Translations under genes and position numbers: made by a program
NCBI GenBank assembly: GCA_041664165.1
Contig: JBAYLH010000001.1
Coordinates: 9,469-73,468 of the forward strand
Source: Candidatus Buchananbacteria bacterium
Lineage (GTDB): Bacteria; Patescibacteriota; Patescibacteriia; Buchananbacterales; UBA6539
Length of the DNA stretch: 64,000 nucleotides
Reading direction: 5' to 3'
Part shown: in pieces, positions 26,861-34,585 of the stretch
Numbering within the stretch: the first letter of the stretch is position 1
How the letters are laid out: every line of letters starts with the position of its first letter
The notes under the pieces: generated by a model
What the model was told of the DNA's origin: nothing
Seen by the model: only the letters and a program-made list of their open reading frames with translations
Databases searched by the model: none

Positions 26861-28699
26861 TTAGCGCGCAACCTTCACCGATGCCAAACTCCCGGCAATC
26901 GTCGGCTCGTTGGAGCAAGGATTGCATAGCGGCGGCTCGACACCGCTTGGTATCAGGATTGCCAGCACTTCGGTCAAGTTGGCGTCGTGGTAGTCAGTTT
27001 CGATGTCGCACAAAAACGTACTATCCGCGTTAATAGTCGTCAACGGCCGGTTCAAGTATGGCTTGATCCACCAAGACCCGTAAGCCTTGATGTAAACCGC
27101 TACCCGGCAATCAGCGGGGTTGACGCCACTCACCTTGCCTTGCATCAGGCTAGTACTGCCGGCTGGCGGCAAATAGGTGATTTCAATGCTCGGCACCGTT
27201 ATTATCGGCGGCCAGATTGGCACTGCCAACTGCCAGCCAAAGTCGCTGACCGTTACCACGGTTTCGCTGTTATTTTGCGGACCGTTGTTATCGCTCAACC
27301 ACAGGTTGAAGTGAAATGCCTCATTGCCCGGAACTGGAATGGCTTCCCGGTCATACACCCAGGAACGCACCAGTTTTTCGGCTGGCGGCAAATTCGCCAA
27401 GGTATAGCGGCCGTAATAGGTCCGAAATTCGACATAAGTCGACTGCCACACCAAATAGTGGGTAATGTCCGGCGCCGCGTCCGGCAGCGTAACGTAATAA
27501 CGCTGGACCATGCCCAGCCAAAACGGGTTGATGGCAAACTGGGCGTTATCCGAATCGTTTGCGTTCCCCCACCGGCTGAACTCGAAGTCGAACTCCTTGT
27601 GCTTGATCATTTTCTCCGCATCCGACCAGGTAAAAAGGCCGAAAGTCAGATTCGGATCAAGTAGGTCAACGCGGCCGTGAGTCGAAAAGCAGTAAGTACC
27701 GTAGCCCAAGGATTCTTCGAGAAAAACCTCGCTGCAGTACCAATTGCCGCCAAGTTGGCGCAGGGCCAAATTGATGCCCGAGGAGTCTATCCAGACGCTG
27801 TTTTCCGTGTCGGAGAAGAAGTTCTGGCCCGGATCAATCCGTTGTCCCTCGTCGCTTCGCTTGACCGTCCATGTTCGGCCGGCAAAAGGAATCCGGCGAA
27901 TCGGCAAAATCACTTTCTTGAGCACCGCCGTGACGGTTCGATTGGCCGTCATCGTGGTCGTCGTCGGATTGGCATGAATGTTTGCGACATTGCCAGTCCA
28001 GTAATCAAATTGCCAGCCTTCGGCCGGGTTCGCTTTAACCGTAACTACGGTTCCTTGGTTATAGCGAGCGCTTGACGGCACCACCTCGCCAGATCCGCTC
28101 GGACTAACCATCGTGGTCAGCAAATACGTTGTCGGATTGACCGTAACAAATACCGCCGTGATCGTCCGATTGGCCGTCATCGCCAGCGTCGTCGGATTGG
28201 TAGAAACGTCGGCAACCTCGCCGGTCCAATGGTCAAACTGCCAGCCAGCGGCTGGACTTGCCGTCAAGCTAATCTCTTGGCCGTAAGCAAAAGTGCCACT
28301 GGCCGGGTGGACTGAGCCGCCGTTCGAAGGAACCGCCGCCGTATTCAACTCAACCTCGGCCGGCGGTTCGGTGATGGTAACATTAACCATCTGCTGATCG
28401 ACAATGCCGATGGGGCCATTGAGCATCAGGAAAAAACTGCTCTTTCCAACTTGCCCCATCGCCCTAACCGACATCGTGTTGCCAGTGATACCAACCTGGA
28501 CATATTGGCTGTCAATACCAGTCACACTCCAGGTCAAAATCCGACCAGCGCCGTTTTGGATGTGACCACTCAAGTTGATAGTACTTTCGCCCATCGGCGT
28601 CAGCACTAAATCTGAAACAGGCGGAGAAATCTTGGTCGGATGAGGGCACCCCGCCAAAGCCAACATCACAACGATTACTACCAACATTTTCTTGTACAT
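26861..28699 (-). CDS. Lipoprotein with two InlB-B-repeat (Flg_new-like) domains and a GH16-like glycoside hydrolase domain; GC-rich (~58%) cassette v
   Basis: LALAGC lipobox; duplicated GWQFDHWTGEV / GWQFDYWTGNV segments; EFDFEF fits the GH16 ExDxxE catalytic pattern. Confidence 0.55.
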   Translation of the reverse strand: MYKKMLVVIVVMLALAGCPHPTKISPPVSDLVLTPMGESTINLSGHIQNGAGRILTWSVTGIDSQYVQVGITGNTMSVRAMGQVGKSSFFLMLNGPIGIVDQQMVNVTITEPPAEVELNTAAVPSNGGSVHPASGTFAYGQEISLTASPAAGWQFDHWTGEVADVSTNPTTLAMTANRTITAVFVTVNPTTYLLTTMVSPSGSGEVVPSSARYNQGTVVTVKANPAEGWQFDYWTGNVANIHANPTTTTMTANRTVTAVLKKVILPIRRIPFAGRTWTVKRSDEGQRIDPGQNFFSDTENSVWIDSSGINLALRQLGGNWYCSEVFLEESLGYGTYCFSTHGRVDLLDPNLTFGLFTWSDAEKMIKHKEFDFEFSRWGNANDSDNAQFAINPFWLGMVQRYYVTLPDAAPDITHYLVWQSTYVEFRTYYGRYTLANLPPAEKLVRSWVYDREAIPVPGNEAFHFNLWLSDNNGPQNNSETVVTVSDFGWQLAVPIWPPIITVPSIEITYLPPAGSTSLMQGKVSGVNPADCRVAVYIKAYGSWWIKPYLNRPLTTINADSTFLCDIETDYHDANLTEVLAILIPSGVEPPLCNPCSNEPTIAGSLASVKVAR

Positions 28700-28766
28700 C
28701 TTTCAAACTCCTTGTCCTGTTGCTCCACGTTTTACTACTAATAACTCAGCCAAACCTCTCACCATC

Positions 28767-28795
28767 GGTATACTCCAAAAAAAATTAATTGTCAA
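28767..28795 (-). promoter_or_regulatory. Near-consensus promoter TTGACA-N17-TATACC of cassette v
   Basis: Minus strand TTGACAattaattttttttggagTATACC, about 70-nt leader, RBS aaggag. Confidence 0.45.
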
Positions 28796-28865
28796 ACCAA
28801 AAAAGACCAATAAAACCCGGCCTGTTTGGTACCAAAAAACCGCCCCTTCAAGGCGATTTTCCGTA

Positions 28866-28939
28866 TGGCAGGGGCGGAAGGTGATGCTCCCTCGTCTGCG
28901 GTTTTGGAGACCGCCGTTCTACTGTTGAACTACGCCCCC
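28866..28939 (-). tRNA. tRNA-Trp (anticodon CCA), intact copy with unusual T-loop
   Basis: GGGGGCG acceptor, D-arm GTTC-AACAGTA-GAAC, anticodon arm GCGGT-CTCCAAA-ACCGC, 3' CGCCCCT-G-CCA (CCA encoded). T-loop AGCATCA is atypical. Confidence 0.65.
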
Positions 28940-28954
28940 GTAAAAAACTCCAAC

Positions 28955-29206
28955 CTATTTTAATCCTAATCTTTTCATTAATGCCATATACACTGAACCA
29001 CTTGATTTTATTCCTTTTTCTCTTTTTAACGCCAGATATTTATCATTATATGCTTCATAATACAATAATCTTGGGTTTTTGTCCTTGGTTGTTTTTACCC
29101 GACCTGACAAATGTTCCTCTAACCTCTTTTTAAGATCCGAGGCATAACCAATATAAAAATCTTTATTTTTAATACCATCAATTTTTAATAAATAAACGTA
29201 GTACAT
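28955..29206 (-). CDS. Small GIY-YIG nuclease family protein (copy 1)
   Basis: MYYVYLLKIDGIKNKDFYIGYASDLKKRLEEH is the GIY-YIG motif. 83 aa. Confidence 0.75.
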   Translation of the reverse strand: MYYVYLLKIDGIKNKDFYIGYASDLKKRLEEHLSGRVKTTKDKNPRLLYYEAYNDKYLALKREKGIKSSGSVYMALMKRLGLK

Positions 29207-29211
29207 AATCG

Positions 29212-29312
29212 ACTAGTTTTGGAGACACCCGTCGCTCGCGAGCCACGTCGCACGTGTGCGACTGTGGCGAGCAACGGGTGAGACCGCCGTTCTACTGTTG
29301 AACTACGCCCCC
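29212..29312 (-). pseudogene. Orphan 5' copy of tRNA-Trp (positions 1 to ~41) interrupted by a 58-nt GC-rich hairpin insertion in the anticodon stem-loop
   Basis: gttttggagaccgccgttctactgttgaactacgccccc duplicates 28895-28939. The insert at 29227-29284 is bounded by a 5-bp repeat gagac. Confidence 0.55.
29227..29284. repeat. 58-nt GC-rich imperfect palindrome (hairpin element) inside the orphan tRNA-Trp
   Basis: cacccgtcgctcgc-gagccacgtcgcacgtgtgcgactgtggc-gagcaacgggtg. Confidence 0.55.
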
Positions 29313-29339
29313 ATGGCCAAAAGTCCCGATGGCCGGGAC

Positions 29340-29495
29340 TTACTTGGTTTCTTTATGTGTTACATGCTTTTTACAATGCTTGCAGAATTTTTTCATTTCC
29401 AGTCGGTTCTTAAGAGTCTTTTTATTCTTTTTGGAAAAATAATTCACTCTTTTACAGGCAGTGCATTCTAATTTTATCAGGTTGTCTTGGGACAT
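29340..29495 (-). CDS. rpmG: 50S ribosomal protein L33 (below the ORF-track cutoff)
   Basis: [51 protein letters not shown]. Confidence 0.7.
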   Translation of the reverse strand: MSQDNLIKLECTACKRVNYFSKKNKKTLKNRLEMKKFCKHCKKHVTHKETK

Positions 29496-29560
29496 AAATT
29501 AGGTATTAGGTTATTAGGTGTTAGGTTGCTAGGTATTAGCTGTTAGTTTTAAAGCCAACA
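29496..29560. repeat. (ACCUAA)n-type leader repeat abutting the rpmG start codon
   Basis: Coding strand reads ...acctagcaacctaacacctaataacctaatacctaatttATG. Confidence 0.5.
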
Positions 29561-29666
29561 GCTCCGATTTTAAGCTGGGACGACCTACTTATTTATCCCG
29601 ACTTCTTTATTTTTTTTAAACAATTCGGTACGTCGGGACAAAACAGTTGTTCCACCTGCCCTTGCC

Positions 29667-29700
29667 TTAGCCGACGGGGTGATTTGAACACCCGACCAAT
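29667..29700 (-). pseudogene. tRNA 3'-half-like fragment (T-arm GGGTG-TTCAAAT-CACCC)
   Basis: Canonical T-arm with no matching 5' half nearby. Confidence 0.3.
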
Positions 29701-29729
29701 AGTTTATCCCGATTTTATTTAAAATTTTA

Positions 29730-29803
29730 CTGGAGCCGGGGACAGGAATTGAACCTGCGACCAATAGTTTACAAAACTACTGCTCTACCGCTGAGCTACC
29801 CCG
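29730..29803 (-). tRNA. tRNA-Thr (anticodon UGU)
   Basis: GCCGGGG-TA-GCTCAGCGGTAGAGC-A-GTAGT-TTTGTAA-ACTAT...GCAGG-TTCAATT-CCTGT-CCCCGGC-T-CCA. Confidence 0.85.
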
Positions 29804-29860
29804 GCTCGGGCTAAGGCGGGCAGGTCTACCACTGAACTATCCCGGCTCGCGGGAGCAGGT
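29804..29860 (-). pseudogene. Diverged partial duplicate of a tRNA 5' end (acceptor plus D-arm), possibly a decayed tRNA-Gly
   Basis: gagccgggatagttcagtggtagac resembles the adjacent gagccggggtagctcagcggtagagc. Confidence 0.35.
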
Positions 29861-29865
29861 CTAAA

Positions 29866-29950
29866 TGGTGGGTGGAGCAGGATTCGAACCTACGTAGGCG
29901 TAAGCCAGCTGATTTACAGTCAGCCCTCGTTGACCGCTTGAGTATCCACC
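29866..29950 (-). tRNA. tRNA-Tyr (anticodon GUA), long variable arm
   Basis: GGGTGGA...GCTGA-CTGTAAA-TCAGC, variable arm TGGCTTACGCCTAC, T-arm GTAGG-TTCGAAT-CCTGC, 3' TCCACCC-A-CCA. Confidence 0.85.
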
Positions 29951-29960
29951 CATGGATTTA

Positions 29961-30200
29961 TTATTTCAAAATACTATCTAAATATTTTCTGCCTTGACCT
30001 GATTTTAAAAATTTTTCTCTTTTCATTGTCTCAGCTCTAGTTGAAAACTCTTCTTGATAAACTAACAGCCAAGGTCTCCTTCCTTTGGTATATCTGCACT
30101 TGCTCCGATTATGCTCCTCTATTCTCTTAACGACATTTTCCGTACTGCCAATATACCTATTTAAATATTTTACACTTTTTAAGACATAAACATAATACAT
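29961..30200 (-). CDS. Small GIY-YIG nuclease family protein (copy 2)
   Basis: MYYVYVLKSVKYLNRYIGSTENVVKRIEEH. Start taken at the internal Met at 30200; the track ORF runs to 30266 through GC-rich hairpin DNA. Confidence 0.7.
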   Translation of the reverse strand: MYYVYVLKSVKYLNRYIGSTENVVKRIEEHNRSKCRYTKGRRPWLLVYQEEFSTRAETMKREKFLKSGQGRKYLDSILK

Positions 30201-30202
30201 AG

Positions 30203-30314
30203 CAACATATATATAGTCAGCAAGGTTGGGCGGATTCCCCGCCAGAGCCTGTCTGTCGGCAGACAAGGCGAGTGCGCCTCTTGAGCCAGAGGCTCATCTG
30301 TTTTCGGTATGAGG
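30203..30314. repeat. GC-rich hairpin cluster between GIY-YIG copy 2 and the orphan tRNA-Tyr
   Basis: gcctgtctg-tcgg-cagacaagg; gcctct-tgagcc-agaggc. Confidence 0.4.
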
Positions 30315-30436
30315 CGCAGAACCTACGTAGGCGTAAGCCAGCTGATTTATGATGCCAAAGGCACATCCGCCTTACCCGCCTCTGGTGTGGCCTTCCGGCG
30401 GACAGTCAGCCCTCGTTGACCGCTTGAGTATCCACC
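30315..30436 (-). pseudogene. Orphan degenerate 5' copy of tRNA-Tyr with a 53-nt GC-rich insertion in the anticodon loop (insert 30350-30402)
   Basis: Matches 29884-29950 except for the T-arm end and the insert tgatgccaaaggcacatccgccttacccgcctctggtgtggccttccggcgga, which sits between anticodon positions 34/35. Confidence 0.55.
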
Positions 30437-30503
30437 CATGGATTTATTATTTCAAAATACTATCTAAATATTTTCTGCCCTGGCCTGATTTTAAAAATTT
30501 TTC

Positions 30504-30579
30504 TGGAGCCCACTCGCGGATTTGAACCGCGGACCTACTCCTTACCATGGAGTTGCTCTACCAACTGAGCTAAGTGGGC
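30504..30579 (-). tRNA. tRNA-Thr (anticodon GGU)
   Basis: GCCCACT-TA-GCTCAGTTGGTAGAGC-A-ACTCC-ATGGTAA-GGAGT-AGGTC-CGCGG-TTCAAAT-CCGCG-AGTGGGC-T-CCA. Confidence 0.85.
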
Positions 30580-30591
30580 AAAAAATCAAAA

Positions 30592-31419
30592 TTACTTCTC
30601 TAAATCAGGCAAACTGTCAATTTCCTCTTTCAATTCCGAAAGCTTTTGATTGCCCGGATCGGCCGCCTTTAAATCAGAAAAGGCCTGCCAGGCCAGCTTT
30701 TTGTTCTTTAATATTATACTCATTTTCAATAATAAGTCAAGAAAACGCGGGTTAGTCGGTTCGAGTTCAACTGCTTTTTGAAAATTGCTTAAACTGAAAT
30801 TCTGCTTGTTTTCAAGCTGATAAACCCAGCCAAGATCGGCATAGCAATTGGCTAAGCGGTGTTTATTCGACCCATCTTCGGTTTGACTAACATTTTTATT
30901 CAATAATTTAAGCAAATAGCGGCAAGTCTCCCGCGCTTTTTTATAATCTTTTTGACCCAGATAAACGTCCGCTAAATAATCATAGACATCCAAATTCTGG
31001 GGATCTAATTCAACAATCGAAATGCCGATTTCTTCCGCTCTGGCAAATTCCTGAGCCGCCAGCGCTTTTTCCAGTTCGGCTAATTTATCTTTGACTTGGC
31101 CGCTAATATCAATTTCCTTCAACGGCTGATTTCTTTTTAAACTCTGTTTTTCCAGTTCAAGAGTTTTTTGATAAAAATCTTTCGCCGTAGTTTTAATATT
31201 TTCGACTAGCGGCTTGGAAATATCAACGGTAGCTCGCCTTAGATTGGAATAGCTTCTGGCCAGGCGTTCAATCATAATCCGGTTTTTAACTTTATTTTCC
31301 TTTTCCTTGGCGATTGATTCAATATTAATCGCCGCCAAATTGGGAAACTTTTTAACCACGATAAAAATTATTATCGATAAGCTGATAATAATGATAATTA
31401 AAGGTATGAGATAAAGCAT
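30592..31419 (-). CDS. Membrane-anchored TPR-repeat protein
   Basis: N-terminal TM LYLIPLIIIIISLSIIIFIVV followed by TPR-like repeats (ADVYLGQKDYKKARETCRYLLK). Confidence 0.5.
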   Translation of the reverse strand: MLYLIPLIIIIISLSIIIFIVVKKFPNLAAINIESIAKEKENKVKNRIMIERLARSYSNLRRATVDISKPLVENIKTTAKDFYQKTLELEKQSLKRNQPLKEIDISGQVKDKLAELEKALAAQEFARAEEIGISIVELDPQNLDVYDYLADVYLGQKDYKKARETCRYLLKLLNKNVSQTEDGSNKHRLANCYADLGWVYQLENKQNFSLSNFQKAVELEPTNPRFLDLLLKMSIILKNKKLAWQAFSDLKAADPGNQKLSELKEEIDSLPDLEK

Positions 31420-31476
31420 GGCCTTAAAAAACTAACGGCAGCAAATTAGCTTGAAACTTGCTACCGATATTATTAG

Positions 31477-32232
31477 CTAAATATTTTTTATTAAGCTACC
31501 AAACTCAGCGGCTTTGATTGAAGCGGCGCCGACTAAAACTCCGGCCGTATTTTCCAAACCGATAAAATCAGTAATATTAGTTTGATCAACGCTCCCGCCA
31601 TAAATAACCCGGAAATTATTCTTGACCAAAACGGCCGGAAACAGGTCAAACAAACTTTGGCGGATTACCTGGTGGGCGGCGGCGGCTTCTTGGGGCTCAA
31701 TCGCCTGGCCGGAGCCAATCACCCAAACCGGTTCATAGGCAATGATTAGCTGATTTTTGTCTTCGACCTCCAGCCCTTCCAAGGCTTTGGCAGTTTGCTC
31801 GATTAAAACATAATCCTTAGCGCCGTCTTGCCGCTGCTGAAAAGTTTCACCGACGCAGATAATCGGCGTCAAGCCGGCTTTCAAGGCCATAACCACTTTT
31901 TGATGAACCATGTCATCGGTTTCGTTCAAATATTTGCGCCGCTCGGAATGGCCTAAAATTACAAATTCGCAGCCGATTTCTTTAAGCTGGCTGGCCGAAA
32001 CTTCGCCCGTATAAGCGCCTTTGTCTTCCCAAAAGCAGTCTTGCGCTCCCAGTTTGATACCGCTGCCTTTTAATATATTTCCCACGGCAACCAGACTGAC
32101 AAAGGACGGGCAAACCACGGTTTCAACTTCGGCCGAAACACTGCCTTTGACGGCCGTGGCTAGCTGGACGCTTTCGGCCGCGCCCAATTTCATCTTCCAA
32201 TTGGCGATAACGATTGGCTTTTTATTGGACAT
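31477..32232 (-). CDS. tpiA: Triosephosphate isomerase
   Basis: IVIANWKMK, GHSERR and AYEPVWVIGSG motifs. Confidence 0.85.
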   Translation of the reverse strand: MSNKKPIVIANWKMKLGAAESVQLATAVKGSVSAEVETVVCPSFVSLVAVGNILKGSGIKLGAQDCFWEDKGAYTGEVSASQLKEIGCEFVILGHSERRKYLNETDDMVHQKVVMALKAGLTPIICVGETFQQRQDGAKDYVLIEQTAKALEGLEVEDKNQLIIAYEPVWVIGSGQAIEPQEAAAAHQVIRQSLFDLFPAVLVKNNFRVIYGGSVDQTNITDFIGLENTAGVLVGAASIKAAEFGSLIKNI

Positions 32233-32390
32233 AATGAGTAAATTATGGCATAAAATTGAAAATTATCACTTTACTATTATATAATTTTTCCGTATAAATC
32301 TCAAGACTATAAAAACATCAAAAATTAATAAATTAAGAAATTAAATTGCTTTTTTAATTTTTTACTTTTCTATTTTCTTAATTTCTTAAA

Positions 32391-33293
32391 CTACGGCCAG
32401 ACATAATTTCTAAACACCCAATCAACTAACCCCTTGGCTTCCTGCCAACGATCAGTAATGCTGGCCGCCCCGAGTATCACTAACGTTAAATCAGGACCAT
32501 TATTTTTTTTCAGCTGCAAAAGCAAGCAATAGCCGGCCTCGTTAAGATAGCCGGTTTTAGCGCCTAAAATTTGATATTCGCCTTGATTTAAAAAACTGCC
32601 CAGCAAGCGGTCGGTGTTAACTGCCCGGCTCTGGCGCTGATTATTTAAAACTAAAAACGGATGTTCCTCGCTCGTTACCGCTTGGGCAATTTCCGGCCGG
32701 GCGAAAGCGGCCTGGGCTAGTTTCGCCAAATCAGCGGGTGAAGAAACATTGCCCGGCTCCACGCCGCTGGGGTCAATAAAATAAGTATCCGCCATCCCTA
32801 ATTCTTTGGCCTTATGGTTCATCGCCGCGGCAAAATCCGGCAAGCCAATACTTTTAGCCAAAGCCACGGCGGCTTCGTTAGTTGACGATACCAGCATCAA
32901 ATAAAACAAATCTTTGACCGTCACTTCTTCGCCGGGCAAAAGATTGACCAATCCCCCTTCGCGCTGGTCATCTTTAGTAATCATCACTTTTTTATTCCAG
33001 TCCGGTTTGGCGTCTAAAACCACCAAGGCATTCATTAGTTTGGTGATGCTGGCAATCGGTAAAATTAAGTCGGGACTTTTGCTGTATAAAACGGTGCCAG
33101 TGGCGTTATCAATAACCAAAATACTTTTGGCCGTTGTCTGCAAGCCGAAACTGTTATTGGCAACTCTTTGCGGCAAAACTTTAGAAGCGGCGGCAAAGGC
33201 ATAAGAATTATCAGCCGGCTTGGCAATTAAAAAATTAAAGCCGCTAGGAATTAGCAGGCTGGCAAAAATTAGGCTGGCAAGAAAATTAAACAT
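32391..33293 (-). CDS. D-alanyl-D-alanine carboxypeptidase (S11 family PBP)
   Basis: Signal peptide, SxxK motif ASITK, SSTN-like motif VSSTNEAA. Confidence 0.7.
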   Translation of the reverse strand: MFNFLASLIFASLLIPSGFNFLIAKPADNSYAFAAASKVLPQRVANNSFGLQTTAKSILVIDNATGTVLYSKSPDLILPIASITKLMNALVVLDAKPDWNKKVMITKDDQREGGLVNLLPGEEVTVKDLFYLMLVSSTNEAAVALAKSIGLPDFAAAMNHKAKELGMADTYFIDPSGVEPGNVSSPADLAKLAQAAFARPEIAQAVTSEEHPFLVLNNQRQSRAVNTDRLLGSFLNQGEYQILGAKTGYLNEAGYCLLLQLKKNNGPDLTLVILGAASITDRWQEAKGLVDWVFRNYVWP

Positions 33294-33294
33294 A

Positions 33295-33350
33295 GTTTAA
33301 ATATCAGATATCAGAAAACAGAAATAAGAGATCAGAGATAAGTTTAGATT
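33295..33350. repeat. CAGA-rich repeat block (left inverted-repeat flank of the 4HB gene)
   Basis: atcagatatcagaaaacagaaataagagatcagagataag. Confidence 0.5.
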
Positions 33351-33353
33351 AAT

Positions 33354-33725
33354 TTATTTTAATTTTTGTTTATTGCTATTAATCCAGCCATAAAGTATTT
33401 TACTAGTCTCTTCTGTTTCTTGAGCTATTTGGTTATATTCTTTTTGATCTAATAATTTTAGGTCAAAACTTAGCATCAATTGATATTTTAATTCTTCAAG
33501 TGAACCCTGGGCAATATTATAAAAATTAAGACTATCTTTTACTGTTTTTCTACGGAATCCTTCAACAATATTACAGGCTAATGATACAACCGCCCGTCTC
33601 ATCTGAGAAACTAGACCGAATTTTTCTTCAGCCGGAAAAAATTTAGTAATCTCATAAACATGCAAAGCAAGATTATGAGACTTCTGCCAAACAATTAAAT
33701 CTTTAAACGTTCTAATTTGCGCCAT
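33354..33725 (-). CDS. Four-helix-bundle protein (23S rRNA intervening-sequence protein / DGR Avd-like family)
   Basis: IVWQKSHNLALHVYEITKFFPAEEKFGLVSQMRRAVVSLACNIVEGF is the TIGR02436-like signature. Confidence 0.7.
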   Translation of the reverse strand: MAQIRTFKDLIVWQKSHNLALHVYEITKFFPAEEKFGLVSQMRRAVVSLACNIVEGFRRKTVKDSLNFYNIAQGSLEELKYQLMLSFDLKLLDQKEYNQIAQETEETSKILYGWINSNKQKLK

Positions 33726-33744
33726 AATTTATTATATTAATAAT

Positions 33745-33850
33745 TAGTTGGCGCTATGTTGATTAATATCTAAATCTGCTTCTATTTACTGCTCTCTGTT
33801 TTCTGATTTCTGCTATCTGCTCTCTGCCATCTGCTCTCTATTCTCCGGGC
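33745..33850. repeat. CAGA-rich repeat block in inverted orientation (right flank of the 4HB gene)
   Basis: Reverse complement contains gcagatagcagaaatcagaaaacagagagcag and shares ATCAGAAAACAGA with the left flank. Confidence 0.5.
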
Positions 33851-34379
33851 TTAATATTTTTTCCAAACTTTCGCTGGAATTCAATTTGTCATAATCAGGC
33901 AGCTGCGACGGTTCATTAATTCCTAAAAAGTTGAGAAAGTCAAAAGTGATGCTGTAAGTGGTTTGCATTTTCTTTTTATCATCATGGCTTTCCACTAAGC
34001 CCCGAATCAAAAGATTGCGTAAAATTATGGCACAGTTGACTCCCCGGATTTGCTCCAGTTCCGCCCGGGTAACTGGTCCGCGATAAGCGATAATGGTCAA
34101 TGTCTCCAAAGCCGGCCGGGTTAATTCGCCGGTAGTTTCTTCTTTGATAAAATCTTTAACCATTTTGCCGTTGTCGGCCAAAGTTACCATTTGGACTTTG
34201 TCGCCGATTCGCTGGACCTGAATTCCTTTGTCTGGCTGGTTGTAATCAGCCATCAATTCCTTAATTCCTTGCTCAACTTTATCTTTTTCGGCCTTGGTTA
34301 AATCCACTAAGCGCTTAACACCCAAGGGCTGATTAGAAACAAAAAGCAGGCTTTCAATTTTTGATTTTAGACTGGGCAT
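33813..34379 (-). CDS. scpB: Segregation and condensation protein B
   Basis: IESLLFVSNQPL...ELTRPALETLTIIAY winged-helix pattern. Confidence 0.8.
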   Translation of the reverse strand: MPSLKSKIESLLFVSNQPLGVKRLVDLTKAEKDKVEQGIKELMADYNQPDKGIQVQRIGDKVQMVTLADNGKMVKDFIKEETTGELTRPALETLTIIAYRGPVTRAELEQIRGVNCAIILRNLLIRGLVESHDDKKKMQTTYSITFDFLNFLGINEPSQLPDYDKLNSSESLEKILSPENREQMAESR

Positions 34380-34459
34380 AAATCTTGAAATTTAAAGCCC
34401 AAAACTTAAATAATACTCCGAGTTTTAGGCTAACTATATTATATCAAATTTTTTTAACC

Positions 34460-34488
34460 TTGACAAAAATAGTAATTTATGCTAAGAT
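34460..34488 (+). promoter_or_regulatory. Near-consensus promoter TTGACA-N17-TAAGAT of GC-rich cassette iii
   Basis: ttgacaaaaatagtaatttatgctaagat, followed by an ~90-nt leader and RBS agaaggagga. Confidence 0.5.
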
Positions 34489-34585
34489 TAGCTGCTATTG
34501 CTCATTGAATTATCCTTTTAATCCTGCCGGTTAGAAGGTTGAATCTGTTAGAACAAAACAACACAAAAAGAAGGAGGATTCTGCA

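Noticed and set aside
26987-28075. Plus-strand ORFs 26987..27664, 27677..28075, 27744..27977 and minus 27295..27537
   Set aside because: They are antisense to or nested in the 612-aa GH16 lipoprotein gene. Their Arg/Pro-rich translations are typical of GC-rich antisense frames.
29256-29471. 71-aa plus-strand ORF (MRLWRATGETAVLLLNYAPMAKS...)
   Set aside because: It starts inside the orphan tRNA-Trp copy and runs antisense through rpmG (L33), which is the real gene there.
28860-30580. CRISPR array or group I intron interpretations of the repeats in the tRNA region
   Set aside because: The repeats are long (40-110 bp) target duplications with unrelated lengths, not 24-48-bp repeats with unique spacers, and no cas genes are present. 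The 53-58-nt inserts are far too short for self-splicing group I introns, and the orphan tRNA copies that carry them lack 3' halves.
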